From Mobula hypostoma (taxonomy: Eukaryota): a stretch of DNA of 64,000 nucleotides. The notes beneath the pieces were generated by a model. That model ran no database searches. It was not told the origin of the DNA and was given only the letters and a program-made list of their open reading frames with translations. Positions within the stretch are counted from its first letter, which is position 1. Each line of letters begins with the position of its first letter. Shown piece after piece: positions 13,440 to 25,703 of this stretch. The stretch covers positions 44,270,001-44,334,000 of the forward strand of contig NC_086108.1 in assembly GCF_963921235.1 (NCBI RefSeq). Direction: 5' to 3'. Both the position numbers and the translations under genes were made by a program.

Positions 13440-13610
13440 AAGTTGTATTCACTCACCTCGGGCGCCACTAATCCAGCACCCCGCCGGAACACGCCTCCGA
13501 CTCCAGACTCAGTCAATCAGGCGCGCTGGGTTAATGTACGGTTGCCGCTGAGCCAATCCCTGGTCCGCTATAAAGCTGCTCCACTACGCAGGACACACGC
13601 TGCGTACTCA
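13440..13610. promoter_or_regulatory. CpG-rich promoter-like region, possibly bidirectional
   Basis: Local CpG enrichment, AGCCAATC (~13551-13558), TATAAA (13569-13574, +) and a minus-strand consensus donor CGAG|GTGAGT at 13457/13456. Confidence 0.55.
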
Positions 13611-13743
13611 CTCCTGATACGTTTCTTCGGAATTACCTGGCATGCATGTCAGTTACAATTTAACAGCGCACTTACCTGGGGTACTGACCTTCGAGTTATT
13701 GAAGAATATTATTCTCTACAACGGTCCAAGAACTTACATTTGT

Positions 13744-13798
13744 ATGGAGCCCGCCAGTGTGATAATTTGGAAAACACTTTGCATACTGTTGACAGGAC
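13744..13798 (+). pseudogene. putative signal-peptide exon of an unrecognised disabled gene
   Basis: ATG GAG...: MEPASVIIWKTLCILLTG followed by a phase-1 donor C|gtaatt, ~170 nt after the TATA box. Confidence 0.4.
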
Positions 13799-14309
13799 GT
13801 AATTTAGCAGCACGCTGATTCGCCAAAGGTTGTGTTTAAAGGGAATCGGGAGTCCACACACGGAATTGTTAGGCGCTAAGGACGTGGTAGGCCGGTGCTC
13901 TACGAAAGATGGAGATGCTTTAGAAAATTGTTGTAGGAGTAGTCTAGATCTGTGGAATGGACAGATGGACATTTGAGGTCCCGCAATGTATTTCCAGGTC
14001 AGAACGGCGCATGAATTGGAAAACAACCTGCTCCTATGGGGTGAGAGGAATGGAAGTTTAGATTTGTTGCTGGGGTGCAATTAAGCGGGCAGCTTTGTCC
14101 TGTGTGGGGTCTAGCTTCTCGAGAATTGTTATTTCAGCACTGGTCCAAGCAGGTGGTGAATGTTCTGTCACATTCACGATGACCAGTGGTATTAATTACT
14201 TGGATGAGGACGTGGAAGGGTGAGATAGCATAGTCAGAATCAGGTTTAATATTACTAGCATTTGTCAGGAAATATGTTGTTTTGCAGCAATACATTCAAA
14301 TTGTGTGTA

Positions 14310-14690
14310 AGAAGATGAGGGGCATTGATCATGTGGATAGCCAGAGGCTTTTTCCCAGGGCTGAACTAGCTAATATGAGGGGGCATAGTTTTAAGGTGCC
14401 TGGGTGCTGTAATTGTTATATGGTTATATGGAAATGGGTACCAAGGGGATGTCAGGGGTAAGATTTTCACACAGAGAGTGGTGGGTCCGTGGAATGCACT
14501 GCCAGCAGCGGTGGTGGAAGCGGATACAATAGGGGTTTTAAGAGCCTCTTAGATGGGTACATGGAGGCTAGAAAAACAGAGGGCTGTGCGCTAGGGAAGT
14601 TCTAGGCAGTTTCTAGAGTAGGTTACATGGTCGGCGCGACATTGTGGGCTGAAGAGCCTGTAATGTGCTGTAGATTTCCATGTCCTATAA
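14310..14690 (+). mobile_element. CR1 3' fragment
   Basis: Close match to the reverse complement of the CR1 3' end at 9320-9650. Confidence 0.8.
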
Positions 14691-14769
14691 CTACATAATT
14701 TTTAAAACTATAAATTACTATATATATAATACATATTTGAATATATATATATATATTTATAATAAATAG

Positions 14770-15760
14770 TGCAAAAGAGAGCAAAAAATGAGGTAGTTAT
14801 ACGGGTTCATTGTACATTCAGAAATCTGATGGTGGTGCGGAAGAAGCAGTTCCTAAACTGTTGAGTATGTGTCCACAGGCTCTTGTACCACATCCTTGGT
14901 GTTAACAATGAGGAGAGGGCATGTCTGAGTGATGGGGGTTCTTAATGACAGATGCCACCTGTTTGAGGCATCGCCGTTTGAGGATGCTCTCGATGCTGTG
15001 GTGGTTGGTGCCCATGATGGGGCTGGGTGGGTTTGCAACTTCCTACAGCTTTTTCCAATCCTGTGTAGTGGCCCCTCCACTCCAGATGGCGATGCAACCA
15101 GTTAGGGTTGCTTTCCACAGTACACCTTCAGGAGTTTGTGAGGATCTCTGGTGACATACCAAGTCTACTCAGTCTCCTAATGAAAGATAGCCATTGTCTT
15201 GCCTACTTTGTAACTGCATCAATATGTTGAGTCCAGGATCTTCAGAGATGTTGACACCCAGAAGCTTGAAACTGCTCACCCTTTCCACTGCTGATCCCTC
15301 GATGAGGACTGGTGTGTGTTCCATTGACTTCTCCATCCTGACGTCCACATCAATTCCTTGGTCTTATTGATGTTGAATGCACCACTCAACCAGCTGATCT
15401 ATCTCACTCGTGTATGCCTCCTTGTCATCATCTTAATTGCTGCCAACAATAGTTGTGTTATAGGAAAATTTATAGATGGCATTTGAGCTATGCCTAGCCA
15501 CACAGTTGTAGGTGTAGGGAGAGTAAAGCAGTGGCCCAAGCACACATTATTGTGTGCCAGTGTGATTATCAGCAAGGAGGAAATGTTATTTCTGATCTGC
15601 ACTGACAGTGGTCTCCCAATGAGGAAGTCAAGGATCCAGTACAGAAAGGTACAGAGGCCCAGGTTTTGGAGCTTCTTGATTAGTACAGAGGGAATGATGG
15701 TTTTAAATGCTGAGCTATTAACAATAAGCAGCAGCCTGATGTAGGTATTGCCATCAGTAC
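14770..15760 (-). mobile_element. Rex1/Babar-like LINE RT fragment
   Basis: ORF 15399-15788 YIRLLLIVNSSAFKTIIPSVLIKKLQNLGL...WILDFLIGRP, same family as 48402-48962. Confidence 0.8.
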
Positions 15761-15764
15761 CGAT

Positions 15765-16660
15765 GTAGGTAGTTTGCAGATGACACAAGGTCTTGTGGCC
15801 TTGTGAGTAGTGTAGAAGGTTGCTGTGTTTTACAACAGGACATTGAAAAGATGCAGAGCTGCGCTGAGAAGTGGCGGATGGAGTTCAATCTGGCCAAGTG
15901 TGATGTGGTACACATTGGAAGATTGAACTTGAAGGCAGAGTACAAGGTTAATAGCAGGATTCTTAGCGTTGCAGAGAAACAGAGGGATCTTGTGGTCCGA
16001 GTCCATAGATCCCTTAAAGTTACTGCACAAGTCAGTGGGGTGGTTAAGAAGGCATGTTGTATGTTGGTGTTCATTAATAAAGATGTGAGTTAAAGAGCCA
16101 TGAGGTAATTTTGTGACTCTATAAAACTCTGGCTAGACCACACTTGGAATATTGCATTCAGTTTTGGTCATCTCATTATAGGAATGCTGTGGAAGCTTTA
16201 GAGAGGGTGCTGGAATAGAGAACATATCTTATGAAGAAAGGTTGAGTGAGCCATGTTCTCTTTGGAGTGAAAGACGATGAGAGGCAACTAGGTAGACTTG
16301 TATAAGAAGATTAGGAGGCATAGATAGTGGACAGCTAGTGCCTTTTCTCAGGACAGGAATGGCTAATACCAGAGGACATGGCTTTATGGTGAGTGGAGGA
16401 ATGTTTAGAGGAGATGCAGAGGTAGTCTTTTTGCATAGAGTGATGTGACCTGAATGCACTGCTGGGATGGTGGCAGAAGATGATACATTAGGGACACTTA
16501 AGAGACTCTTAAGTAGACACATGGATTTAAAAAATCATAAATGGAGGGATATGGGCTGTGTAGGAGGGAAGGATTAGATTGATTGTGAAGTAGGTATAAA
16601 GGTTGGCACAGCATCGTGGGCCAAAGGGTCTGTACTGTGCTGTACTGTTCTATGTTCTTT
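15765..16660 (+). mobile_element. CR1 3' fragment, degenerate
   Basis: FADDT at ~15774, ORF 15803-16093 (EKWRMEFNLAKC...RDL) and CR1 3' UTR. Confidence 0.85.
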
Positions 16661-17462
16661 CTCCACTTTTTAACCCGTTGGTTGTGAGATCAATTAGTTA
16701 TGATAATTGCAAGGTTGTTTTGTTTGTGGGTACTTCCAATTTGCATCTTCTCCAAATCTACCTATTGCTCCTAGCTGCATGCTTTTCTGCACCCCTTAGT
16801 GAACCAAGGTTGATTCCATCGCTTCATAATTATGGTAGAGAAAGGAATATGCCAAGGTTTCCCTGCCCGTGTTTGACATGATGCCATGAGACTGTAGTCA
16901 ATGTTGAAGGTTACTGCTTATGTACAATTCTGCCACCCTTCTGAGAAGTCAGTCTTGCCAGAGATACAGGACATACCCAAGGACTGAGGTGGAGATGTCT
17001 GGTACATTTTATGAAAAGTATAATTTTATTAACATGTTAATGTCAATTTGTGGGAATACTGATACAATTGTGATATTGTAGTTAAAAGTGAAGTTTATCA
17101 AAGCTAGAATTTGGGAGGATGCATTGGAAAACACCAGCCTGAAAATGATAGGTGGAAAAATGACAGAAGGTAGATGATATTCTAAGCAGATGTTGTTTAT
17201 GTAGATAACGTATAGAAACAGGGTCTTCCTTTCCTTCTTCTGCCCTTCCCTGCATTTTCCACCCTTTCCACATCTTCACCCTTCTACTTTCCTTCTTTTC
17301 CTTTCTTCTCCTGTATGCTTTCTTCCCCTCCCCCAGAAACAACCTGACCAATTTGCTTAATTACAAACAACAGGAATTCTGCAGATGCTGGAAATTCAAG
17401 CAACACACATCAAAGTTGCTGGTGAATGCAGCAGGCCAGGCAGCATCTCTAGGAAGAGGTAC

Positions 17463-17498
17463 AGTCGACGTTTCAGGCCGAGACCCTTCGTCAGGACT
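17463..17498 (-). ncRNA. minimal hammerhead ribozyme motif (Penelope pLTR)
   Basis: Minus strand agtc-CTGACGA-agggtctcggcct-GAAA-cgtc-gact: catalytic core with stem I agtc/gact. Confidence 0.75.
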
Positions 17499-18764
17499 AA
17501 CTGAAGGAAGAGTGAGTAAGGGATTTGAAAGTCGGAGGGGGAGGGGGAGATCCAAAATGATAGGAGAAGACAGGAGGGGGAGGGATAGAGCCAAGAGCTG
17601 GACAGGTGATAGGCAAAAGGGGATACGAGAGGATCATGGGACAGGAGGTCCGGGAAGAAAGACAAGGGGGAGGGACCCAGAGGATGGGCAAGAGGTATAT
17701 TCAGAGGGACAGAGGGAGAAAAAGGAGAGTGAGAGAAAGAATGTGTGCATAAAAATAAGTAACAGATGGGGTACGAGGGGGAGGCTTCCCTTCCTCCACT
17801 ATCAACTCTGCTCTTAAACGCATCTCCCCCATTTCACGTACACCTGCTCTCACTCCATCCTCCCGCCACCCCACTAGGAATAGGGTTCCACTGGTCCTCA
17901 CCTACCACCCCACCAGCCTCCGGGTCCAACATATTATTCTCCGTAACTTCCGCCACCTCCAACAGGATCCCACCACTAAGCACATCTTTCCCTCCCCACG
18001 CAACTCCCTTGTCCATTCGTCCCCCCCATCCCTCCCCACTGATCTCCCTCCTGGCACTTATCTGTGTAAGCGGAACAAGTGCTACACATGCTCTTACACT
18101 TCCTCCCTTAACACCATTCAGGGCCCCAAACAGTCCTTCCAGGTGAGGCAACACTTCACCTGTGAGTCGACAGGGGTGATATACTGCGTCCGGTGCTCCC
18201 GATGTGGCCTTTTATATATTGGCGAGACCCGACGCAGACTGGGAGACCGCTTTGCTGAACATCTACGCTCTGTCCGCCAGAGAAAGCAGGATCTCCCAGT
18301 GGCCACACATTTTAATTCCACATCCCATTCCCATTCTGACATGTCTATCCACAGCCTCCTCTACTGTAAAGGTGAAGCTACACTCAGGTTGGAGGAACAA
18401 CACCTTATATTCCGTCTGGGTAGCCTCCAACCTGATGGCATGAACATCGACTTCTCTAACTTCCGCTAAGGCCCCACCTCCCCCTCGTACCCCATCTGTT
18501 ACTTATTTTTATGCACACATTCTTTCTCTCACTCTCTTTTTTCTCCCTCTGTCCCTCTGAATATACCTCTTGCCCATCCTCTGGGTCACCCCCCCCCTTG
18601 TCTTTCTTCCCGGACCTCCTGTCCCATGATCCTCTCGTATCCCCTTTTGCCTATCACCCGTCCAGCTATCGGCTCTATCCCTCCCCCTCCTGTCTTCTCC
18701 CATCATTTTGCATCTCCCCCTCCCCCTCCAACTTTCAAATCCCTTACTCACTCTTCCTTCAGTT

Positions 18765-18800
18765 AGTCCTGACGAAGGGTCTCGGCCTGAAACGTCGACT
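18765..18800 (+). ncRNA. minimal hammerhead ribozyme motif (Penelope pLTR)
   Basis: agtc-CTGACGA-agggtctcggcct-GAAA-cgtc-gact. Confidence 0.75.
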
Positions 18801-19570
18801 GCACCTCTTCCTACAGAATTTGTTTAATTACCCAGGTTTAATAGTCTAGGAAATTGGATGCTTTCCATTTATGTGTTATCTCCAGTTCTTTGTTGACCAA
18901 TAACTTGCAATGCTTCTTTCCTCCTCCCTTTCCATTCTCTCCTTTTCTAACTATGTGCCGAGTCTTGCATTGGCCTGTATCTCAGGCATGTCCAGTCTCA
19001 GGCACAGGGAATCATGCTGAGGCTAGAATTCTGGAAATAATTTACTTTGATATTATTTCTAATCCTTTTAATTCCCCTTTTAAAATTATATACCCACTTA
19101 TTGCTGGGTTCTTATGTTGACCAATAACTGCCTTCTCTCTCCTTTCCATCAAGGTCTTATTCAGTCACAAAAATGGAAAATACTGGAAAAGGTTTGGATG
19201 AAACATTAAATCTGCTGCTCTTTCCACAGATGTCAAGTGTTTCTAGCAATCTCTGCTTTGTTTCAGTCTTCCAGCATCCAAATATTTTTTTGTTATTCAG
19301 TCAAAACTGTCCAACATTTTGAAGATGGCACATCAGATCTTGCTCACCAGCTGAATATTTCTAGCCATTTCTATATTTTTTGGAAGATTCCATCAGTGGT
19401 TCTTAATACAGAACTGTCCAAATTGTTTACATTCTTAATTTTATCTATTTCCTTTCCCTTGAGTAACTGCATGCTGCTGTTTGCCTTTACTTTGTTTTGG
19501 CTACCAAACCCACCTTTCAATTCATGTTCATCTCTGAGATTGGGTGGTCAATCTTAAACATGTTTTACAG

Positions 19571-19760
19571 GATGAAGCTAGAAACTTGTACATCACTGTT
19601 TGCTACACAATTAATGTGTCAGTGGTGGCACAGTACATTTGAATGGTCCTCAAGATCTGCAGTTTGTTTCCCAGGAAAATGTGCAGCCAAACATCAGATT
19701 ATTGAAGATTACAGACCCTTTGGAAAACACCATATTGGGATTTCCTATAGACCCGATGGT
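19571..19760 (+). pseudogene. disabled exon, repeat-domain copy 1 of an unrecognised gene
   Basis: Acceptor tgttttacag|. Reads CVSGGTVHLNGPQDLQFVSQENVQPNIRLLKITDPLENTIL/ISYRPDG with upstream stops and a 1-nt frameshift. Donor gtaaga at 19761. Homologous to 20605-20682. Confidence 0.65.
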
Positions 19761-20059
19761 GTAAGACATTCTTTTCAAAAAGTTACACATTATTTCTTAT
19801 TTCTAACTTTTGAAATATTATATTTAATTTATCTCATACTTGATACTTACAATTCTAATCTATCATCTTCAAATTAAGGAGCATGTTTTAGCTTGAAGCT
19901 GTGTAATCAATTCCCTAGATACTCATGAAAAGTGCACATGTAATCCCTTCAATAAATGAGGAAAATCTTCAGGGTGTGACTGATTGTTTTAATGGCTTTA
20001 CCAAACTTTGGCTGTTAGCGACACCAAAGAACTGACAAAATAGCATCATAAAATAGAGG

Positions 20060-20420
20060 AAAGACTTGCATTTACATGGTGCTTTTTACAACTTATAGTC
20101 CTTTGCATGTAACTTTATGGGCCAATGTGTGGTCACTAATGCAATGTAAAATACATAGCAGCTAACTTGCATGGAGCAAGTTCTCACAAAATGTAATAAT
20201 GGTAAGATATCCTTAACAAGACCTTTGCTCTATCTCAAGATAGGATTATGCAATCTTTAATGTAACATCTAATCAAAACGATACAGTCTCAGACAGTTTA
20301 GCTGTCAATTGGTGCAGTAATGAATACAAACAGAAAACTTTGTGCTCATTTTCTGAAATGAGACTTGAACCCAACAAATCTGCCCCCAGTGGAAAGAGTA
20401 TTACCAAATAGTCCATATCT
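20060..20420 (-). mobile_element. highly degenerate ancient Deu-domain-type SINE
   Basis: Patchy similarity by eye to the reverse complement of 24700-25080. Confidence 0.35.
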
Positions 20421-20519
20421 CCTGATGTTTCACAACCACATCCCCCAGATCAGCATTTTTAAGTCACTACTTTAAATGGTGTATTAGACAAAATGATATG
20501 AATCATAGAATTATTTCAG

Positions 20520-20682
20520 TTATGAGCCACAGGTTGATACGTGGATTACATTCACAGAAGAGAGTTGAATTCTATGTATTTGACCAAAGAAGAGACAACT
20601 CTTACAACTGAACATTAGGTTATTAAAAATTGCAGGTCTTTTATAAAATACCTTTATCCAAATTTCCTTCAGACCTGATGGT
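20520..20682 (+). pseudogene. disabled exon, repeat-domain copy 2 of an unrecognised gene
   Basis: Acceptor ttatttcag|. Reads QLNIRLLKIAGLL*NTFIQISFRPDG (TAA at 20644-20646). 17 of 26 residues are identical to copy 1, 8 of them via synonymous codons. Confidence 0.65.
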
Positions 20683-21129
20683 TAAAAGGTATTTACTTCA
20701 GAGAATTTCAAGTTATTTTAAGTTCCCAACTAAGTTTTGAAATGTTTTAAATTTATTTAAGTTAGAAAAGTTGCGTGATATTTATATTTTAATCTATCAT
20801 CTAAAACTGAGAATAGTTTCATCCAGAAGCTCTGACATTGAGATAAAAAGCAGACAGAACCAACTAACACATTCTTCAGTTTAGAAGAATAAGAGATAAT
20901 CTCATTGAAATGTGAGATTCTTGCAAGACTTGAGAGGTAGAATGTCAAGAACCAGAGCTCAGTGCCTCAAAATAAAGGGTTCAGCTGTTCGTTACAAAGA
21001 TGAGAAGAAATGTTTTCACCAGGAATATCATGAACCCTTGGAATATTCTTAACAAAGGAGCTGTGGAAGTTTAGGGCCCAGTATATTAAAGGGATTGATA
21101 GATTTTAGGGAACCCTGGCTGATGAGAGG

Positions 21130-23570
21130 CTATAGTAAAGAAAAAGAAGGAAGCATACATTGCATTTAGATAATAGGATATGACTGAATCCCTCATGAGT
21201 ATAAAGTTTTTAAAACCAGTCTTAAGAGGGAAATCAGGAGGGCAAAGATATGATATGAGATGGGTTTAGCAGGCAGGGTTGAAGATAATCCAAAGAGGTT
21301 CTTCAGTAATATTAATAGTAAAAAGGTGAACAAGGAGAGATTAGGTCCACTTAGAGACCATCAGGGCTGCCTACGTATAGAGCAGCAGGAGATGACTGTG
21401 GTTTTTAATGTCTATTTCTCCTTGGGGTTTACTAAGAAGAATACCATGGATGCCAAAGAAAATAAGGGTAATAAGTTGTGAGGTCTTGGATCATATTCAT
21501 ATAGGTAATGAGGAAGGAGGTATTTGCAGTCTTCAAGTGTATTAAGGTGGCCAAATCACCAGGGCCTGACCAAGTGCACCCCTGAACCAGGGAGGAAATT
21601 GCAGAGACCCATTTAGAGATAGTTTGCCTTATCATTGGCCACTGGTGAAGTTCCTGAAGACTGAAGGGTGACTAATGTTGTTCCATTGTTCAAGAAAGGT
21701 AGCAAGAACTGGCCAGTGAGCATGACTTCAGTTGGAGGGAAGCTACTGGAGGGATTTAGAGGAACTCAACCTATCATCATTTGGATAGTCAAGGCCTGAT
21801 CAGCAAGAGTCAGCATGGCTTTGTACATGGGAGATCATGTCTTATGAATCTTTTTGTGCTTTTTGAAGAGATAACCCAAATGGATTATTGAAGGTAGGGC
21901 AGTGGATGTTGTATATACAGATACAGCAAGGCTTTTGACAAGGTCCAACATGGCAAGCTGATCTGGAAGATTTGTTGTATGGATTCAAGGGGAGTTAGCA
22001 CAGCAGCACCTCCACTTCCTTAAGAGTTTGTGATGATTTGGCATGACATCTAAAACTTCGACAAACTTCCATAGGTGAACAGTGGAGTTATATGGACTGG
22101 CAGCATCACAGCCTGATATGGAGACACCAATGCCCTTCAATGGAAAATTCTACAAAAAGTTGTGGGAATGGCCCAGACCATCACAGTTAAAGCCCTCTCA
22201 ACTATTGAGCCTATCTGCATGAAACACTGTTGCAAGAAAGCAGCATCTGTCATCAGGGACCCCCACCACCCAGGATATGCTCTCTTCGTGTGCTGCCATC
22301 AGGAAGAAGATAAGCCTCAGGACTCATAGCACCAAGTTCAGGAACAGTTATTACCCCGCAACCATCAGGCTCTTGAACCAAAGGGGATAACTTCACTCAA
22401 CCCACTTGCCCCATCATTGAAATGTTCCCACAACCAATGGGTTCAATCATGTTCTTGATAATTTATTGCTTGCTTGCTTATTAATTAATTAATTAATTAA
22501 TTCTGTATTTGCACAGCTTGTTTTCTGCACTCTGGTTGAACGTCCAAGTTGGGCAGTCTTTCATTGATTCTGTAAGAGTTATTATTCTATAGATTTATTG
22601 AGTATACTGCAAGAAAATGAATCTCAGGGTTTTGGATGGTGACGTATATGTACTTTGATAATAAATTCACTTTGAACTTTGAAATTGGTTCAATGATAGG
22701 TAGCAGAGGGTGAAAGTTAATGATTGATTCTATGACTGGAAGCCTGTGAGTAGTGGGATCCCCCATGGGTGAGTGTTGAGACCTCTTGTTACTTGTTATT
22801 AGCAAGTTTGATGATCATTCTAAATTAAGGCATCTTGTTAATTGTGAAATAGATTACATTCAATTGCAAAGAGATCTTGATCAGTTAGGGAGATGGGCTG
22901 AGGAATGTCAAATGGATTTCAACTTAGATAAGCATGAGGTAATGCATTTTGGACAAGTCCTAACCTGAGTAGGACTTAAAAAGCGAATGATAGGGCATTG
23001 ATGAGTGTTATGGAACAGAAGAACCTGTGGGTACAAATACATAGTTTGCTGAAAACTGCCACACAAGTAGACAGGGTGCTGGAATGCTGGCTTTCATCAG
23101 TCAGGACATTAAGTTTAGGAGTAGAGGCATTATGTTGCAGATATATAAGTTGTTGATGAGGCTGTGCTTGGAGTGTTGTGTAATTTCACTCACTCTGTTG
23201 TCGCAAAGATTCAAGCTGGTGCAGAAGAGGTTTACAAGGTTGCTGTCTGGACCAGAGGGCCTGAGTTATGAGGAGGTGAGGAAAATGAGGGGTGACCTTG
23301 TAGAAGGATATGGATAAGGTGGGTTGGGGAGCCAATACTAGAGAACACAGATACAAGAGGGGAGAGATTCAAAAGGAAACCTGAGGGGTAACTTCTTTAC
23401 ATAGAAGGCAGTGAGTAGTTGGACTGAGCTGCTGGAGGAAGTGGTCAAGGTGTGCACAATTGCATTTGGATAGGTACATGTAGGGGAGGGGTCTCAAAAA
23501 GTTATGGGACAACTGTGGACAACTGGGTTGTAGTCAGCATGGACCATTTGGGCTGAAGAGCCTGTTTACT
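21130..23570 (+). mobile_element. old CR1 ORF2 remnant, interrupted by a Rex1-like insertion
   Basis: DNPKRFF (ORF 21260-21481), KSPGPD, AFDKV, SKFDD/LQRDLDQLGRW (22786-22968), MLAFISQ (23084). Confidence 0.8.
22000..22682 (+). mobile_element. Rex1/Babar-like LINE 3' part nested in CR1
   Basis: Remnants of the DPHHPG..LF..LPSGRR..FRNSYYP region. Tail gataataaattcactttgaactttgaa. Confidence 0.7.
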
Positions 23571-23783
23571 GTTTCTCCAATATGAAAGAGTAAGAAAATA
23601 AGGGAATATGAGTTTTGTGTAGGAAAATGGGGCAGGTAAAATATCACTGAAGATTTTAGTGAACAGTTATGCAGACATAGGAGTGAATGGCCTATTATTG
23701 CTTCTATTTCCGTTGTTATAAATATAAAATTTCAAGTATGTTCATGCAAATTAAGGTAACCAATTGTTTTCTTTCAATAACAG

Positions 23784-23919
23784 GAAGGATTGGTTTGATA
23801 AGGTTGTTGATCTTGGATAGAGCCTCAATCCTTAACGTGAACTCAGTGTTACCTAGTCCAAGGATTATTGAAATTCTGTGCCTGGCTATAAGTCCCTCTC
23901 CCTACTGAATTCTAATAAT
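23784..23919 (+). pseudogene. possible further disabled exon of the same gene
   Basis: Good acceptor tgtttttctttcaataacag| in unique sequence. Reading frame ambiguous and stops present. Confidence 0.2.
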
Positions 23920-24014
23920 GTAGCTTTATAAATACAACTTCTGTCAAAGAAAGCAGGAATAGTTGGTGATAACCTATTGTAAAACATTAAGTATCTTTTA
24001 TGAAGAAATCTTTA

Positions 24015-24218
24015 GAATCATAGAAACATAGAAAACCTACAGCACAATACAGGCCCTTCGGCCCACAAAGCTGTGCCGAACATGTCCCTACCTTACAATT
24101 ACCTAGGCTTTACCCATAGCCCTCTATTTTTCTAAGCTCCATGTAGCCATCCAGGAGTCCCTTAAAAGACCCTATTGTTTCTGCCTCCACTGCCACCGCC
24201 GGCAGCCCATTCCACGCG
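24015..24218 (-). mobile_element. CR1 extreme 3' end
   Basis: Close match to 9308-9505 including the agaaacatagaaa tail. Confidence 0.85.
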
Positions 24219-24419
24219 CTTTATTTGGCACATCTGGAAATAGGAATGCTGAACGCCTGATTTGAAACTAGAAACTGGTAGAAACACACAATAGGCCAGC
24301 AGCATTTTTTCAGAATGTTATCATTGAGGTTGATGATCTTTCATGTGTTTGTAGTGACAGCATAAGTGACTGTTCGATAAGATAATCTGAATACTAAATT
24401 TGAAGTTTCTGCTTTTCAG

Positions 24420-24637
24420 AAAAGACAGGTATCATAGTTGGTCCCATTCTTTCTATGACACACCCAGTTTCATTGCTAAGTTATAATAGTCATTTCAATG
24501 ACTTGCTGGTCTCATTGCAGTACACACAAAGGCTATACAACCTTTGGAATAAATTTCACCAGGAGGGTGTATACTAATATATAAAGCTCTTGACAACAGC
24601 CTTCTCTGTTCAGGCAAATTATGAGACTCTTAAAATG
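24420..24637 (+). pseudogene. putative transmembrane exon, frameshifted
   Basis: Acceptor tttctgcttttcag|, phase 1. Reads KTGIIVGPILSMTHPVSLL and, after a 1-nt shift, VIIVISMTCWSHCS. Candidate donor gtaatt. Confidence 0.35.
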
Positions 24638-24699
24638 TAATTTGTGAAAATTGGGTAATTGAGGGGGGTGGCAGCAAAGAAGATACAAATCAGTCCATG

Positions 24700-25080
24700 A
24701 GTATCAGCATTGGTCTAGTAAAATATTTTTAAAATCATGTGAGTTCAATCACCACTTCAAGTAGAGTGCAATATCCAGGCTGACATTTTATCAGAGCATT
24801 GAGGGTGCACCGTGTGGACATCTTTACCAAGCAATGTTAAACTATGCCTTTGTCTGAGGCCTCAGGTGGGAAAAAAGATTCCATAGTACCATTTGAGGAA
24901 TACTTTCAATTCTCCTAATGTCCTGGATAATATTTATCCCGCAGACCAATGACACTCCATTAGATAATGTCTTGTGAAACCTTGTATTGTGCAAATACAT
25001 TGCCACACTTTCTGAACTACAAAATTGACAACGCTTCCAAAGTACTTCATTATGCATGAAGTACTTTGAGGTCGTAAAAA
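24700..25080 (+). mobile_element. ancient Deu-domain SINE (SacSINE1/AmnSINE1-like), degenerate
   Basis: B-box-like gagttcaatc, Deu-like gtcctggataatatttatccc and aagtacttcatt tail region. Recognised from memory of the family. Confidence 0.5.
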
Positions 25081-25212
25081 CTGTTACTATTGGTCAATGT
25101 AATCTATAACCCAGATCAGAGTTTCAGTTGAGGTGGGGCTGAGGTAGGAGCAGAGATGAGGCTTCCACAATTCAGCCAGAAAAACGGCAAGTCTGTTTCA
25201 TGTGGTCCATGA

Positions 25213-25683
25213 TTCAAGATTCAAGATTGTTTAATGTCATTTACAGTGCATAAGTGTAAAGAAGAATGAAATCACTCTATCTCCAGATCTGATGCAGCAT
25301 ACAAAAAACACACTACAATAAATAATACATTTATAAAAAAGAGCACAGTAAATATAAATACATAAGATGACCTATATACATAGATTGATTATACGTAATG
25401 TTAGGTACAGAGTGTCCGTACAGAAGGTGACTCTGGACTCTGCCAGGAGATGATAAAGTAGTGGTGGTGGGGTATGGGGGGTGGTGGGTGGGTTGGTGGG
25501 TGGGTTAGTGGGTGAAGGTGATGACCAGCCTTACTGCTTGGGGGAAGTAATTGTTTTGAGGCTGGTAGTCCTGATGTGAATGCTACGTAGTCTCCTCCCT
25601 GATGGAAGTGGGACACACAGTCCATGCACAGGGTGCGGGGGATCCTTCATGATGTTGCCGGCCATTTTCCACCTCCTTTCTGC
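25213..25683 (-). mobile_element. Rex1-like LINE 3' end
   Basis: KDPPHPVHGLCVPLPSGRRLRSI (25531-25716) and (ttcaaga)n tail. Confidence 0.7.
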
Positions 25684-25703
25684 ATATATGTCTATATACG
25701 TGT

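Larger units (their letters stand above)
17365..18816 (+). mobile_element. Penelope-like element with inverted terminal duplication and GIY-YIG endonuclease
   Basis: ORF 18143-18469 GVIYCVRCSRCGLLYIGETRRRLGDRFAEH. 17450-17780 is the reverse complement of ~18478-18812. TSD aatttg(c/t)ttaattac at 17350-17364 and 18817-18831. Confidence 0.9.

Noticed and set aside
13669..13682. acttacctgg resembles the 5' end of U1 snRNA
   Set aside because: The following sequence does not match U1. It is simply a minus-strand splice-donor motif.
17089..17170. LENT-containing frame as a third copy of the duplicated domain
   Set aside because: Only ttggaaaacacc matches. NIRLLKI and ISxRPDG are absent.
20521..20565. 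YEPQVDTWITF looks like a Kelch repeat end (KEAP1 duplicate?)
   Set aside because: No GG/LY motifs nearby. The exon's 3' half instead matches the non-Kelch domain at 19684.
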